From the sequence record OZ196285.1: DNA of 64,000 nucleotides; one strand, written 5' to 3'. Positions 47,489-58,068 of this stretch are shown piece after piece; position 1 is the stretch's first letter; the number at the start of each line of letters is the position of its first letter. The notes beneath the pieces were generated by a model. That model saw only the letters and a program-made list of their open reading frames with translations. It was not told the origin of the DNA and did not search any database. The translations under genes and the position numbers were made by a program.

Positions 47489-50410
47489 TTAATTAAACAG
47501 TTTACTGTATATTTTTTTGTACCACGGAGTTTCAAGTCGTTCAACTTTTTCATTAAGCTCCTTGATTGATTCTACTAACAAGCCAATCATGTTTCCGTAA
47601 GCTACAGATTTGATGCTATCGGGGTCGTTAGCGTCAACGTGTACCGCTTCAGGCAGAACTTTCTCAACTTCTTGAGCAATCACACCCGTTTCACGTCTCG
47701 TCTCGCTCTCGCTCATAGAACGCTTCTTATCGTACGTGTAGCCACTAAGCTGTTTGATCTTCTCTAGTGGATTTTCGATGCGCTCGATGTTGCTTTTCAG
47801 GCGAATATCAGAGTAAGCAGTTACGTTGCCAGTTGCAGTAAAGTGTCCTGCATCATCGAACGTAAATCGAGTTGTCGAACCGTCACGAACATACCAGTTA
47901 CCGATGTCACTATTCAAGTCAGTGTACATGTGGGAGCCATTACAGAAGAACTCGACATCATCACTTGAACCGAAACGAAGAATGTCATTATCTGCTAAGT
48001 CAATCGCAGTGCGAACACTCAACGTACCGTTCACCGTCATACTACCAGTTATCGTACCGCCAGTTAGCGATAAGTATCCCGCACCGTTAATAGGTGCGAA
48101 TCGTGCATCAGCTTCAGCTTCTGTGTAGTAACGACCATCATGTGTATGCGAATCGTTAGCAACTGCAACAGTGATCGAAGCGTTCGCTGAACCATCGAAC
48201 GAGACTGAACCACTAGCATCACCTGCTAAACTGATTGTTCTTGCTGTTGCAAGCTTCGATGCGCTTGATGCGTTGCCAATGAACGACGCTGCTGTTACCG
48301 ATCCACGAAATTCCCAGTTGTTTGAGTTGTATTTGTTTCTAGCCGTCCAGTTATCATCAGAACCTGCTCGGTTAAACAGTGTGATGTAGTCTGAGCCAGA
48401 GCCAGAGCCAGTCGGAGTACCGTCACCGTTGTACTCAAGACCACCACCATGAGTTGAAGACTGACCCACATAAATTCGACCAGTACCTTGCGACCCACCC
48501 ATTGCTTGAATATTAGCCACGCCCGCATCGTCACAAATCACATTTAGTGTTGATGATGTGCCTGCATCGATAGTCATACTACCCGTCAGCGATCCACCCG
48601 TCAGCGGTAAGTATCCCGCACCATTAATAGGTGCGAATCGTGCATTAGCTTCTGCTTCTGTGTAGTAACGACCATCATGTGTATGCGAATCGTTAGCAAC
48701 TGCAACAGTCAAAGTCTTGTTCGCTGAACCATCAATTGAAACTGACCCACTAGCATCACCTGCTAAACTGATTGTTCTTGCTGTCGCCCATTTGCTTGCC
48801 GTCGTTGCGTTACCAGTCAATGCACCACTGAATTTTGTTGCAAAAACAGTCCCAGACGATCCTTCAAACTGAACACCAGTATGACTATACATTAAGCCAT
48901 TAACGTCAACAGTCATCGGGTATTTACCGCTGAACGTCGTTGTGATATCAACTCGATCTGCTAATGCTGCATGAGTTGCTTCGTTCACATCGACTGTGAT
49001 ACTCGCGTTAGCTGAACCGTCCCATGATACTGAGCCAGTTGCATCACCAGTAAGACTTAATGTTCTTGCAGTTGTCCATTTATCAGCATTCGGGTGATAG
49101 TTGTCCATGAAAATACGCTGAGATGTTGCGTCGGACGTTGTATTACTCGTATTGTTTTTATACGCATAATGTAGTTTATCAATGTTGCTAGTATCCGTCC
49201 ATAATGAATGTCTGAACTTAGACCCCCCGTTATGACCCCACTGAATCCAGTTGATGAAATCATTACTAGGTGCCCCAGAAACATTAGATGCCGACCCGGT
49301 TCTAAATTCGTCAGTTTGCGCGTTCCAGTCTGCGTTTAACGGGTCGATTCTAGTATGTAAGTGACTATCGTCTGCAACTACGACATTGATACTTGCATTA
49401 GTTGATCCGTCAATCGAAACTGAACCACTAGCATCACCAGTAAGACTCAACGTTCTTGCAGTAGCCCATCGACTTGATGTTGAAGCATTACCACTTAATG
49501 CGCCGTATACCGTATTAATGTACGCACTACTAAACCTCCAAGAAGATGTACCCAAAACACTGCCACCAGAAGTGCCAGATTTATAGGGAAGCAAACCGGA
49601 TGCAGGTGTACAAATATAAGTATTTGCATTAGTCTTACCACGAATTTGATAATAAGACCCAGATGGGCTTAATGTATCACCCCGAGCATATCTAGTATCA
49701 TGTGTATGGCTATCATTTGCAACTACAGTTGTAATCGTAGTAGTTTTATTCCCAGTGCCATCCACGCTCATTGATGCCGAACCCGTAACATCGCCCGTTA
49801 ATGTAGTTGTTAATGTTCTCGCAGTCGTCCATTTATCAGCATTCGGGTGATAGTTGTCCGCAAACACGCGTTGCGTGCCACTTGCGTAGATGTTACCACC
49901 AACGACAATATGTAACGGGTGCGACGTTGAACTCGTGTCTTCGAAAAACAAGGCTTGACCCGACGTATTCGGCAGATTACCATCAGTTATTTCGTGACGA
50001 ATTCTCGCGTTCTGTGTTGAGTCGGATACGAAATTAATCGTTGCATCTATAGCTGTACTAGTCGATGTAAGCGACAAGAATGGAGAATTCCCGTATGCTT
50101 CAATTCCGTATTCAAGAACACGCAATTTGCTCCCTTTCAAGTCAAGAACGTTGCTTGAAGATGCATCGAAACGAGCGTCGTAATCAGACGCGCCGCCTGA
50201 GATATGAAAGTCGATGTATCTACCGACTTCCATAACCCCGTTTGTTCCTATGACTGGAATCATTTCAGTATCTGGCGTTCCATCAGTCCCGAAAAGACCG
50301 CCAGTCGCAACTACAGCACCGTTTAGCGTATTCAAGATCACATCGTTTAAAGACGTAACCCCTGTTACGTCTATACTACCGTAAACCGTAGTAGGGCCTA
50401 ATTTAGCCAT
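47489..50410 (-). CDS. tail fibre with C-terminal S74 chaperone
   Basis: Five copies of same module; near-identical C-terminus to 43606..47418; TATAAATA 50444-50451. Confidence 0.9.
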   Translation of the reverse strand: MAKLGPTTVYGSIDVTGVTSLNDVILNTLNGAVVATGGLFGTDGTPDTEMIPVIGTNGVMEVGRYIDFHISGGASDYDARFDASSSNVLDLKGSKLRVLEYGIEAYGNSPFLSLTSTSTAIDATINFVSDSTQNARIRHEITDGNLPNTSGQALFFEDTSSTSHPLHIVVGGNIYASGTQRVFADNYHPNADKWTTARTLTTTLTGDVTGSASMSVDGTGNKTTTITTVVANDSHTHDTRYARGDTLSPSGSYYQIRGKTNANTYICTPASGLLPYKSGTSGGSVLGTSSWRFSSAYINTVYGALSGNASTSSRWATARTLSLTGDASGSVSIDGSTNASINVVVADDSHLHTRIDPLNADWNAQTDEFRTGSASNVSGAPSNDFINWIQWGHNGGSKFRHSLWTDTSNIDKLHYAYKNNTSNTTSDATSQRIFMDNYHPNADKWTTARTLSLTGDATGSVSWDGSANASITVDVNEATHAALADRVDITTTFSGKYPMTVDVNGLMYSHTGVQFEGSSGTVFATKFSGALTGNATTASKWATARTISLAGDASGSVSIDGSANKTLTVAVANDSHTHDGRYYTEAEANARFAPINGAGYLPLTGGSLTGSMTIDAGTSSTLNVICDDAGVANIQAMGGSQGTGRIYVGQSSTHGGGLEYNGDGTPTGSGSGSDYITLFNRAGSDDNWTARNKYNSNNWEFRGSVTAASFIGNASSASKLATARTISLAGDASGSVSFDGSANASITVAVANDSHTHDGRYYTEAEADARFAPINGAGYLSLTGGTITGSMTVNGTLSVRTAIDLADNDILRFGSSDDVEFFCNGSHMYTDLNSDIGNWYVRDGSTTRFTFDDAGHFTATGNVTAYSDIRLKSNIERIENPLEKIKQLSGYTYDKKRSMSESETRRETGVIAQEVEKVLPEAVHVDANDPDSIKSVAYGNMIGLLVESIKELNEKVERLETPWYKKIYSKLFN

Positions 50411-50446
50411 ATATGTTTTCCCAATAAGTTATGTATAATGAGTTAT

Positions 50447-53400
50447 TTATACCTCGTTGAACTCAAACGTGTTCGTAGACCCATCAGATTTAATTCGCGT
50501 TGCATTGTTTTCATACTCACCTAGTGTGTTGTAACAACTGACAATAGGCGTATGTTCAGCGCCTGCACACAACTCGGCAATCGAGGGTTGAGTCCCATCC
50601 ATCACATCAACTCGCGGTCTATGATAATTCTGAATCGTGTTCGCATCAGTAGAATAATACAAAAAGCTTCGATGTGTATTGCTCGTCGAGCCCGCCTTGC
50701 TGCGAAAGTTGGATGATATATTGCCAATCTTCTCGCCATTGACGTTGTATATGCCATAATCGGTATATGTGTTTGTGTCAGTCGTACCCGCTGCATACAA
50801 ATAAGCAACGACTAAAAACCACTCGTTGCCATTTGGCAAATTACCAGACGATATAAAGTATGGGTTGGTATTTGCAGACCCACTGAGATTTTCAGTATGC
50901 GACCCACTACACCCCAAATACCAACTACCGTTGCCCGTAACTTCTCGTTGAATCCAATTTGTATATCGATGATGCTTGGTAGAATCAATCGCGACTGTCT
51001 GACCGTACCATCCACCATCACTACTGCTTGTCCCGCGAGTCATACCTTGCCATACAACATCATGGTCACCCCACGGATTTTTCTTTATAGTTATCAAATT
51101 CTCAATAGGATCAGATGTGCCGAATCCGCCATCATCACCGATAACCCACGTCGAATAGTCCAACAACGAAGGCTCAAAATTCGTTTCAATCAGCTCGCCT
51201 GCATGAACAACTCCGTCACGAGTAACACCCGTGTCGTGGTAGCCGCCGGTCACGAATCGCGAATTTGTGTAGTAAACAATCGACCCGCTTTCGTTATATC
51301 GCCTTCCCTCTGCGAATTGAGACAGCAATTCACCGTTCTTGATGCCCATGAATCCCCACGTTCCGCGTGATGCAATTGCGTGATCCTCAGTAACCCCAAA
51401 ATACTTCAAGAATGTTTCTCTAAGTTGACCGTTCTGAGTCGTACTAGCATCACATCGAGCAGCAGTCATCAACCATCCATCTTCCATATTGTCCATTGCA
51501 TGAATCAGCCAGTCAGCAGCTTCTTGAGCAGAGTCAGCGATATCATTTGCAGACGCAACATAAACAGTGCCGTCGAACTCATAATACTGAGTAGTCGTGC
51601 CCGAATATGTATCCAACGAACCGTAGCCGCGCAACGTCATGCTTTCGTCGTAAATACAGAAGCTAATGCCGCGACTACTAGACTGATAACCTTGCTTAAC
51701 GCCATTGATAAACGTACCGGTATTTCCTGATGAGCTACTGCGAATTTCGATTTCTAAATCGCCATCGCTATCCCAACCCTCAACGAACTCAGACGCACAA
51801 AAAACACCCGTTTCAACAACAGACGCTCGGACTCTAGACAAACGATTGATCTTCTCTGCTGATAGCTCTGACGCATATACTCGAACATCAGATACGTGAC
51901 CCTCATTCATCTTGCGATATTCGTAGCTACCACTAGCACCCGCATCGTAATTGATCATTAGTCGATACGCAGCGCCCGGGTTGGTATTTACGTTCTCGCC
52001 AGTTCCTTCAAGAACGCCATCGACGTATGTTTTGTAAACGCCATCAGCGTACGACATTGCAAGGTGATGCCAAACGCCATCAGAGACTTGACTCGTGCCC
52101 GTTGCAACTTGCTTGTCTGTACCAGTCGAGCTATCACCATACAAATGACATGCTAGTACGCCCCCTTCGATTTGCATCGAATTTAGAACATTGTTACCGG
52201 TTCTACCACCAAACAATAAGAATACAGCCGAATCGGTAGTTTTTACCCACAACGAGCGAGTAAACGCAGGCAATGTTGCTAGATAGTCGTTCTTGAACTT
52301 AATTGAGTTGAAATGTCCATCAGCAGACGGTCGAATGTAATAACCACTGGCACCAACTGCTGCATCAGAACTCCATCCAGCGGTTGTCGAATCAAGATAC
52401 GCATCGTTGCCATACCCCGAACGGTCGTAGACCGCATCAGATTGTATGTCTTGTGGTTCACGTGCCAACGTATCAGACTGAACAGCAACAGAACGAGCAA
52501 ATTTGTACCAGTATGAATTCCCATCACTCGCACCCCCAATTCGCGATGTCAATTTCAAAATATCAGACGAATCAGTCGTGCGATGTGACTGAAACATGTA
52601 TCCTGTTTTCGTTATGAATTCTTTCGTTCCTGATTTGGTTCCGTCACCAACACCCTCATTTTGATACGAAATGAAGTACAAATGATCGCGATATGAGGGA
52701 TCATTTGTGGCGATCAATTCTACACCAAATGTATATGGTGTATCTGATTTCATATCAGTCACATTGAGCGAGTTCGTGTACCAGCTACCCACATCACCTG
52801 TCGTAGTTACAGTAAACGTACCATCGTCATTATTCACAACAGAATTGCGATAATGATTCCCACTAGCGTGTCCATCGCTCAGATTCAATCCGAACAGTGG
52901 AGCACCGCTCAGATGAACAATTTTCGCGTCTAAAATTTCATCCAATTCGAGGTCTGTGATGCAATGATCGTAAATTCGAACATCATTCATTTTTCCATTA
53001 GGGCGATAACTCGAACTCGAACTATTCGTTACAGACCAGTTGAACAACTCAAGATATTCTTCAGTATATGCAAACGACGAATACGGCTGAGTTTTTTCGA
53101 TTACCCCGTCAACGAGAAGTTCAAGTTTTGTGCCGTCATAACGATAAGTTAAGTGACGCCACGCCCCGCGCAAATCACTAGTTCCGTAATAAGCGTTGTA
53201 TGTTCGACCTGTACCACTCCCCGTGCTACACCCTATGTAAATCTCGCTACTATTGGTTCGCTTCATTAACCCAAGGCATGGGTTCGAATTCGCGACGTGA
53301 TTATGTAGAGTTACCAGCCCATTCGCAGTATTCGTATGAGCACTACCTCCACTATAGAACCACGCTGTCATTGTAAATTCTTTAGTAAGCAAGATCTTAT

Positions 53401-53575
53401 TATCAGAACGGAGCAAATCTACGGTATTGTATGTAATTCTTTCATGACAACGACCGATTTTACCGCCAGTCGCTGAAGCGATATTAGCCTCGCTCCCGAC
53501 TAATGACAAGTGGTTTGCATTCCCACTTTTATCGTGTAAGTCCCCGTCTAGTGGGTACCATGCTATTAATGACAT
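50447..53575 (-). CDS. LamG/concanavalin-like multi-domain tail adhesin
   Basis: LIAWYPLDG, WRHLT..YDG, G.MNDVRIY and second WHHLAM...SDVRVY. Confidence 0.85.
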   Translation of the reverse strand: MSLIAWYPLDGDLHDKSGNANHLSLVGSEANIASATGGKIGRCHERITYNTVDLLRSDNKILLTKEFTMTAWFYSGGSAHTNTANGLVTLHNHVANSNPCLGLMKRTNSSEIYIGCSTGSGTGRTYNAYYGTSDLRGAWRHLTYRYDGTKLELLVDGVIEKTQPYSSFAYTEEYLELFNWSVTNSSSSSYRPNGKMNDVRIYDHCITDLELDEILDAKIVHLSGAPLFGLNLSDGHASGNHYRNSVVNNDDGTFTVTTTGDVGSWYTNSLNVTDMKSDTPYTFGVELIATNDPSYRDHLYFISYQNEGVGDGTKSGTKEFITKTGYMFQSHRTTDSSDILKLTSRIGGASDGNSYWYKFARSVAVQSDTLAREPQDIQSDAVYDRSGYGNDAYLDSTTAGWSSDAAVGASGYYIRPSADGHFNSIKFKNDYLATLPAFTRSLWVKTTDSAVFLLFGGRTGNNVLNSMQIEGGVLACHLYGDSSTGTDKQVATGTSQVSDGVWHHLAMSYADGVYKTYVDGVLEGTGENVNTNPGAAYRLMINYDAGASGSYEYRKMNEGHVSDVRVYASELSAEKINRLSRVRASVVETGVFCASEFVEGWDSDGDLEIEIRSSSSGNTGTFINGVKQGYQSSSRGISFCIYDESMTLRGYGSLDTYSGTTTQYYEFDGTVYVASANDIADSAQEAADWLIHAMDNMEDGWLMTAARCDASTTQNGQLRETFLKYFGVTEDHAIASRGTWGFMGIKNGELLSQFAEGRRYNESGSIVYYTNSRFVTGGYHDTGVTRDGVVHAGELIETNFEPSLLDYSTWVIGDDGGFGTSDPIENLITIKKNPWGDHDVVWQGMTRGTSSSDGGWYGQTVAIDSTKHHRYTNWIQREVTGNGSWYLGCSGSHTENLSGSANTNPYFISSGNLPNGNEWFLVVAYLYAAGTTDTNTYTDYGIYNVNGEKIGNISSNFRSKAGSTSNTHRSFLYYSTDANTIQNYHRPRVDVMDGTQPSIAELCAGAEHTPIVSCYNTLGEYENNATRIKSDGSTNTFEFNEV

Positions 53576-53586
53576 TGTTTACCGCC

Positions 53587-55227
53587 TTATGCGAAAATAA
53601 AATCGATTGATTTAGATGTCGAATTGTATTCAATCGTTGCAGCCCCATCGTCGAAGTTCATTTCAGAACGACCATCGTGTTGCATAGGGCTGCCGTTGTA
53701 TGTTACTGCGTCGGCTGAACTTGCACTCGTTGTTGAGTCAATACGCAGTGTGTTTTTAGAACCTGCGCCTGCACGCAACTCGATTCCTTCAGTTGCACCA
53801 GTCCCGTCTAAGTCAGCTTGAATGATCACACTTGCGTTCGACTGCAACGTAGGTGATGAATTACCACCCATCAGATTCAAAAAGTATCCGATTGACGAAC
53901 CAACGATAGAGTTAGTACCAATCGTCAAGTTACCAGTCATCGAATCACCAGTCGCATTCACATAACGGCTGTCTAGCTTCGACGTGTAGTTACCCATGTG
54001 GATAAGATCGTGACCGTTGAACTCAACTCCGTTAATGTCCGTCCCTCCGCCGCGAACGCGCAACGTGTTCAGACCTGCTTTTAGATTTAAGTATCGTGTT
54101 GCTTCGTTATCATTAGAATCGGCTTCAATTGTGATATCACCGACCGATTGCATATCAATCGACGTGGTATTGAATTTCAGATTATACGATGCATTCGAAC
54201 CCTCAAGACCATGACCGACTTCAAACCGAATATCAGTGCCTTTCATGTCAAGGTCGCCTGCGGTAGTGAATTCCCAGTTGTCACCACTCACTTTATTACC
54301 ACGAAACGCAACTAATGAACTATCATCCCCATCCCCGATGTAAATCGTATCTGAGTATATGTATGTAGTCGGTGCGCCTGACTGAATGTAAAAATTACCG
54401 CCAGTGAATGCTGTTCGACCATCAGAGTCTGTATAGAAATACCCGTTGCCTTTATCGCCAAGATAAACTCTAGGCGCGACCAGCGCAGTGTCAGAACTCA
54501 CGTCCCCGTCGAACGATGCTGCACCGTTGCCTAAATTAAATTCAATTCGCGATATATCAAGGTCGCGGTCGATGAATCGCAGCAGCTTAGAAACGCTGTA
54601 GTCAATACCTGCGATGTATGCAGAGTTTTGAAATTGCAATTCAGATGAGTAAGACGTACCATTATCTTGCAGAACTATGTCATCAGTAAATATAACTTTA
54701 CCAGAGAACGTGTTATCGCCATCAGTACCTGCATAACGCGAGTCAAGATACGTCGTATAGTTGCCAGTATGAAGCATTTTGCTCGTAGATGAACCGTCGT
54801 AATAATCGAAATTACCGTCATGATCGAATTTCCACGATTTATTCGAATTAGTCGATTGAATCATGAACTCATTGCCGTCAGTCCCTGACGTACTACCCAG
54901 ATATGTCAAATTCCATGCATACGTAGAATTACCCATGCGAATCCACGCATCAGTGCCACCAAGAGTGTCGCCACTGCCATCAGATACGCCACCATCAATT
55001 GACAACGCAAGTCCTGTTTTGTTTAGATGCAGCGGGCCGCTCATCGAATCGCCTGCGCGTTTAACAACAGATTCAGTCAAGCCGGTATGCGGGTCTGGTT
55101 TGTCGTTCTCAGTGTAAATTTTATAGCCGTCGTAACGAATCGAATCGCCCTGTGGATCGAAACGTAAATTCCCTCCGTGCCATACTATGTTACCGCCAAT
55201 CGCGGTAGTTGACTTTAATTCTGCCAT
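53587..55227 (-). CDS. tail fibre (proximal/connector type)
   Basis: N-terminus shared with 1270-aa fibre; YVNATGDSMTG; C-terminal TIEYNSTSKSIDFIFA; TAAATA 55267-55272. Confidence 0.8.
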   Translation of the reverse strand: MAELKSTTAIGGNIVWHGGNLRFDPQGDSIRYDGYKIYTENDKPDPHTGLTESVVKRAGDSMSGPLHLNKTGLALSIDGGVSDGSGDTLGGTDAWIRMGNSTYAWNLTYLGSTSGTDGNEFMIQSTNSNKSWKFDHDGNFDYYDGSSTSKMLHTGNYTTYLDSRYAGTDGDNTFSGKVIFTDDIVLQDNGTSYSSELQFQNSAYIAGIDYSVSKLLRFIDRDLDISRIEFNLGNGAASFDGDVSSDTALVAPRVYLGDKGNGYFYTDSDGRTAFTGGNFYIQSGAPTTYIYSDTIYIGDGDDSSLVAFRGNKVSGDNWEFTTAGDLDMKGTDIRFEVGHGLEGSNASYNLKFNTTSIDMQSVGDITIEADSNDNEATRYLNLKAGLNTLRVRGGGTDINGVEFNGHDLIHMGNYTSKLDSRYVNATGDSMTGNLTIGTNSIVGSSIGYFLNLMGGNSSPTLQSNASVIIQADLDGTGATEGIELRAGAGSKNTLRIDSTTSASSADAVTYNGSPMQHDGRSEMNFDDGAATIEYNSTSKSIDFIFA

Positions 55228-55295
55228 TGAAAAATTCCCAATTTATGAAAATAAGATATATGACAGTATTTAGTATAGCCGAAAAAAAGGACGCC

Positions 55296-55826
55296 TTAGC
55301 GTCCTTTAGTTTTTTTATATTTCGCTTTCTTATTCTTTCGATTAATCTTGCGAACTTCTTTTCGTTTAGCGATTTTATCAGCTCTTCGCACTGCATCGTA
55401 ATCAGCAGCACAAGACGCTGCAAACGCATCAGGCTTGAATACAGGCTCCTGACCTACATAACCCAAGATCGTGCCCTTAGCTTCGTTATACGCAATGCTA
55501 GACTTATGTTTCGGGTCAGGATTGATATCGACGTGAACTTCAAAGCCACGAGGACCGCACATTGGCTTAACGCGCAACGCACATTCACCTGCTTTGTAGA
55601 CTTCATTCATTAGACGACTGCGAATACCGTCAGTCGCGTTCATGTATGCAGGTTCAGTTTCAACCATCTTGAAGACTTGAGCACCTTTACTGCCTTCCAA
55701 GTGAATTATGATTACAGTCGCATAACTGATTAAATCACTCTTTCGCTTACTGTCACATCCGACATAAATCGTGCTGCTCGGGTGACTATTGCATATCGCT
55801 GTTTCTATTGCTTCCCAATCAAACAT
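55296..55826 (-). CDS. RNase H-like YkuK (DUF458) family protein
   Basis: IYVGCDS, RLMNEV, EVHVDIN, FKPDAFAASCAAD. Confidence 0.8.
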   Translation of the reverse strand: MFDWEAIETAICNSHPSSTIYVGCDSKRKSDLISYATVIIIHLEGSKGAQVFKMVETEPAYMNATDGIRSRLMNEVYKAGECALRVKPMCGPRGFEVHVDINPDPKHKSSIAYNEAKGTILGYVGQEPVFKPDAFAASCAADYDAVRRADKIAKRKEVRKINRKNKKAKYKKTKGR

Positions 55827-55870
55827 TGTTCACCTCACAAAAAAGGCGGCATGAAGCCGCCCCATTCTAG

Positions 55871-57319
55871 TTATACTGCGTACCGGTCGATACCAACAGT
55901 CTTCATCATGATCTTCACTGGCTCAAGCTCGCCATCAAGTAAAGAAGTCAGGATAGATGGACTACAACCCGACACAAGTGCCGTACCTGCCTCACCCGTT
56001 TTCACTGGTACGTTGTCTAGACGACCGCGAATGTTCCAGAACGCTAGTTGCGGCATTTCGTAGCCCGCTGCTGCGTATTGAGCTTTGATAGCATCAAAGT
56101 TTGTTTCTGTGCGGCTTGGCCAACCACCACCGCATTTCGCAGTGTTGAATTCCATGTCAGACATGATCAACATCTTCGTAGGCATTTCAGATTGTGGCAA
56201 GTTTGCACGCTGCGCACGCTCCAATAGCACTTCGAAACACTTCTGAATATCAGTGCTCATGTTCTCACCAGAACGACGCATGTTAGCAAGACGCGTTGAC
56301 AGTGTATCACCAACAAGCTTGTGGAAATGTGGATCGCCTGAGAACGAAATGAACTGATCTTTGAAGATACCTTCGTTACGTTCAGCTACGTAGACACCAA
56401 GAGACATCGCTACGTCCATACAAGTTGTAACAGTGCCCTGTGAATAGCAGCTACCTTGTTCTGAGTTAATCGCACAATTCATTGAGCCAGACACATCAAC
56501 AACAGGGATGATGCGCTCGTCAGACCCTTCCATGTAATTCGGAAGTGCTTTCCATTGCTGATCTGCTACACGTGAATCGCCCATTCGTACGCTGCGAACA
56601 ACGTCGTAAGGGAAGACTGCACCTGCATTGATCTTAGCTTCGCCTTTCTCAAGCTTGTTGATGTACTCACCGTAGTTCTCAGCCGCGTTACGACCGAATG
56701 CTTTCTGATAACGCGCAGACGCTACAGATGGCAACTTACCGAAGTCGATCTCGTTCCAGTTCTGTGAACACATTTTCTGTTCAACAGTGTCAGACAGCGT
56801 AGAAATGACCTTACGCCATTGCTTCGATGTCACGCCAAGCGCCTTGATAGTGCGCTTAAACACGATACCGTTTTTACTCTTCTCACGAGGGAACCACTTC
56901 GCAGCCAGTGCGTTTTTGCCGTTCACGATTGCATTTGCCCATAGAGCAATTGCATCAGACTCAAGAGGAGTACCGAACGCAGTCACTAAGTCATCGAAAC
57001 GACCTAATTCTGGCACCTTGTGCATTACAGCACGTGCAACGTCAGGGTTTTTCGCGATAAGTTCAGCGAAAATGCGACGGAAAGTACCGCGCTCACCTGC
57101 ACCACCGCGCACGTCGCGAGACCATAGCAAGATACGTGTTGCTAGTTCAGGGTTTTCACCGTATGCGCGATTGAACGCATGTACTGAATCTTTGTTACCG
57201 CGCATTGCTGCTACAGTAAAGAACAAGTTCAGACACTCGTTACCCGAAGTGCTGTGTGTAATTGCACCGTTTGCTGTACGTGCGTCGTTTGTGCTCATTG
57301 CGTTCATAAATGCTGACAT
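55871..57319 (-). CDS. TROVE/Ro60-like vWA protein (DUF2828)
   Basis: TANGA...CLNLFF, RDVRGGAGER, GRFDD, LAAKWFPRE, DVSGSM MIDAS, IMSDMEF; start 57319 with AGAGG RBS. Confidence 0.85.
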   Translation of the reverse strand: MSAFMNAMSTNDARTANGAITHSTSGNECLNLFFTVAAMRGNKDSVHAFNRAYGENPELATRILLWSRDVRGGAGERGTFRRIFAELIAKNPDVARAVMHKVPELGRFDDLVTAFGTPLESDAIALWANAIVNGKNALAAKWFPREKSKNGIVFKRTIKALGVTSKQWRKVISTLSDTVEQKMCSQNWNEIDFGKLPSVASARYQKAFGRNAAENYGEYINKLEKGEAKINAGAVFPYDVVRSVRMGDSRVADQQWKALPNYMEGSDERIIPVVDVSGSMNCAINSEQGSCYSQGTVTTCMDVAMSLGVYVAERNEGIFKDQFISFSGDPHFHKLVGDTLSTRLANMRRSGENMSTDIQKCFEVLLERAQRANLPQSEMPTKMLIMSDMEFNTAKCGGGWPSRTETNFDAIKAQYAAAGYEMPQLAFWNIRGRLDNVPVKTGEAGTALVSGCSPSILTSLLDGELEPVKIMMKTVGIDRYAV

Positions 57320-57395
57320 TGTGTATTTCCTCTTAAATAATATGCTGTAAAATGTCTTATGCGTTGTATTATACACACGTTTTTACGAGTGTAAA
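57315..57395 (-). promoter_or_regulatory. sigma70 promoter and structured leader of TROVE-like gene
   Basis: TTTACA 57395-57390, 16 bp, TG-TATAAT 57373-57368; leader AGACATT-TTACAGCA...AGAGG...AATGTC pairs over the start codon. Confidence 0.7.
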
Positions 57396-57418
57396 CAACA
57401 TTTTCAAGTTTTTTTTAA

Positions 57419-57739
57419 TTATCGCTGCATCGGATTTCTGCGAGTAAATGCCGTACCATTCTTGTGTACTTCGACAAGAATATTACCTGCTGTACCGTAA
57501 CTCGCACGAACAGTACGATACCCGTATTTCTCAAACCAATTGCGAATGATCGTCGCTCCACGCTTGTCTGTGTCAATTACATGAACTGGCACTTTGAACG
57601 TAATCGGAAACACCTGATTCGCTTCTACTGCTGCCATAAATTCAGTTTCACACTTTGACGTGTAGTGGTCGGTCAGTGTTTTACGCTCATCAGCAATGCG
57701 CGTTTCGATTGCATCTTGAAGTTTGGTATATTCAATCAT
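57419..57739 (-). CDS. hypothetical protein
   Basis: 106-aa ORF in operon. Confidence 0.7.
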   Translation of the reverse strand: MIEYTKLQDAIETRIADERKTLTDHYTSKCETEFMAAVEANQVFPITFKVPVHVIDTDKRGATIIRNWFEKYGYRTVRASYGTAGNILVEVHKNGTAFTRRNPMQR

Positions 57740-57744
57740 GGTGA

Positions 57745-58068
57745 TTATCCATTATTCTCGCGAATTAACAGAGTCACGTATGAGAATGATACCGCGTTGT
57801 ATTCACGATAATCTGCGTCATGGCGACCGAATTCAGCGTCGAAGTTAAAAAATCCCTCATCACGAAGCACTTCATGAATAAGTGTCATGTATTCCGAACA
57901 CGCATCGCTTTGTGAGTCAAGTGTAATTTGCATTTTCAAAGGGAATCGATATCCCTTTGACGAGTCAATCAAATCTGCAATCGATTTGCGTAGCTTGACT
58001 GTGAAGTCAGTTGCACGCTGAGAACGATTGTCTTTGACTTTCGAAACTAAGTTGTCATATAAACTCAT
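57745..58068 (-). CDS. hypothetical protein
   Basis: 107-aa ORF in operon. Confidence 0.7.
   Translation of the reverse strand: MSLYDNLVSKVKDNRSQRATDFTVKLRKSIADLIDSSKGYRFPLKMQITLDSQSDACSEYMTLIHEVLRDEGFFNFDAEFGRHDADYREYNAVSFSYVTLLIRENNG

Noticed and set aside
43606-50410. DGR or invertase-driven tail-fibre switching
   Set aside because: No reverse transcriptase, adenine-specific template/variable pair, invertase or inverted crossover sites; repeats are direct and coding
44859-54214. Numerous 60-160 aa ORFs antisense to or out of frame within the fibre genes (and similar shadows across the window)
   Set aside because: Fully overlap long, well-supported genes, lack RBS, and recur with the fibre repeats
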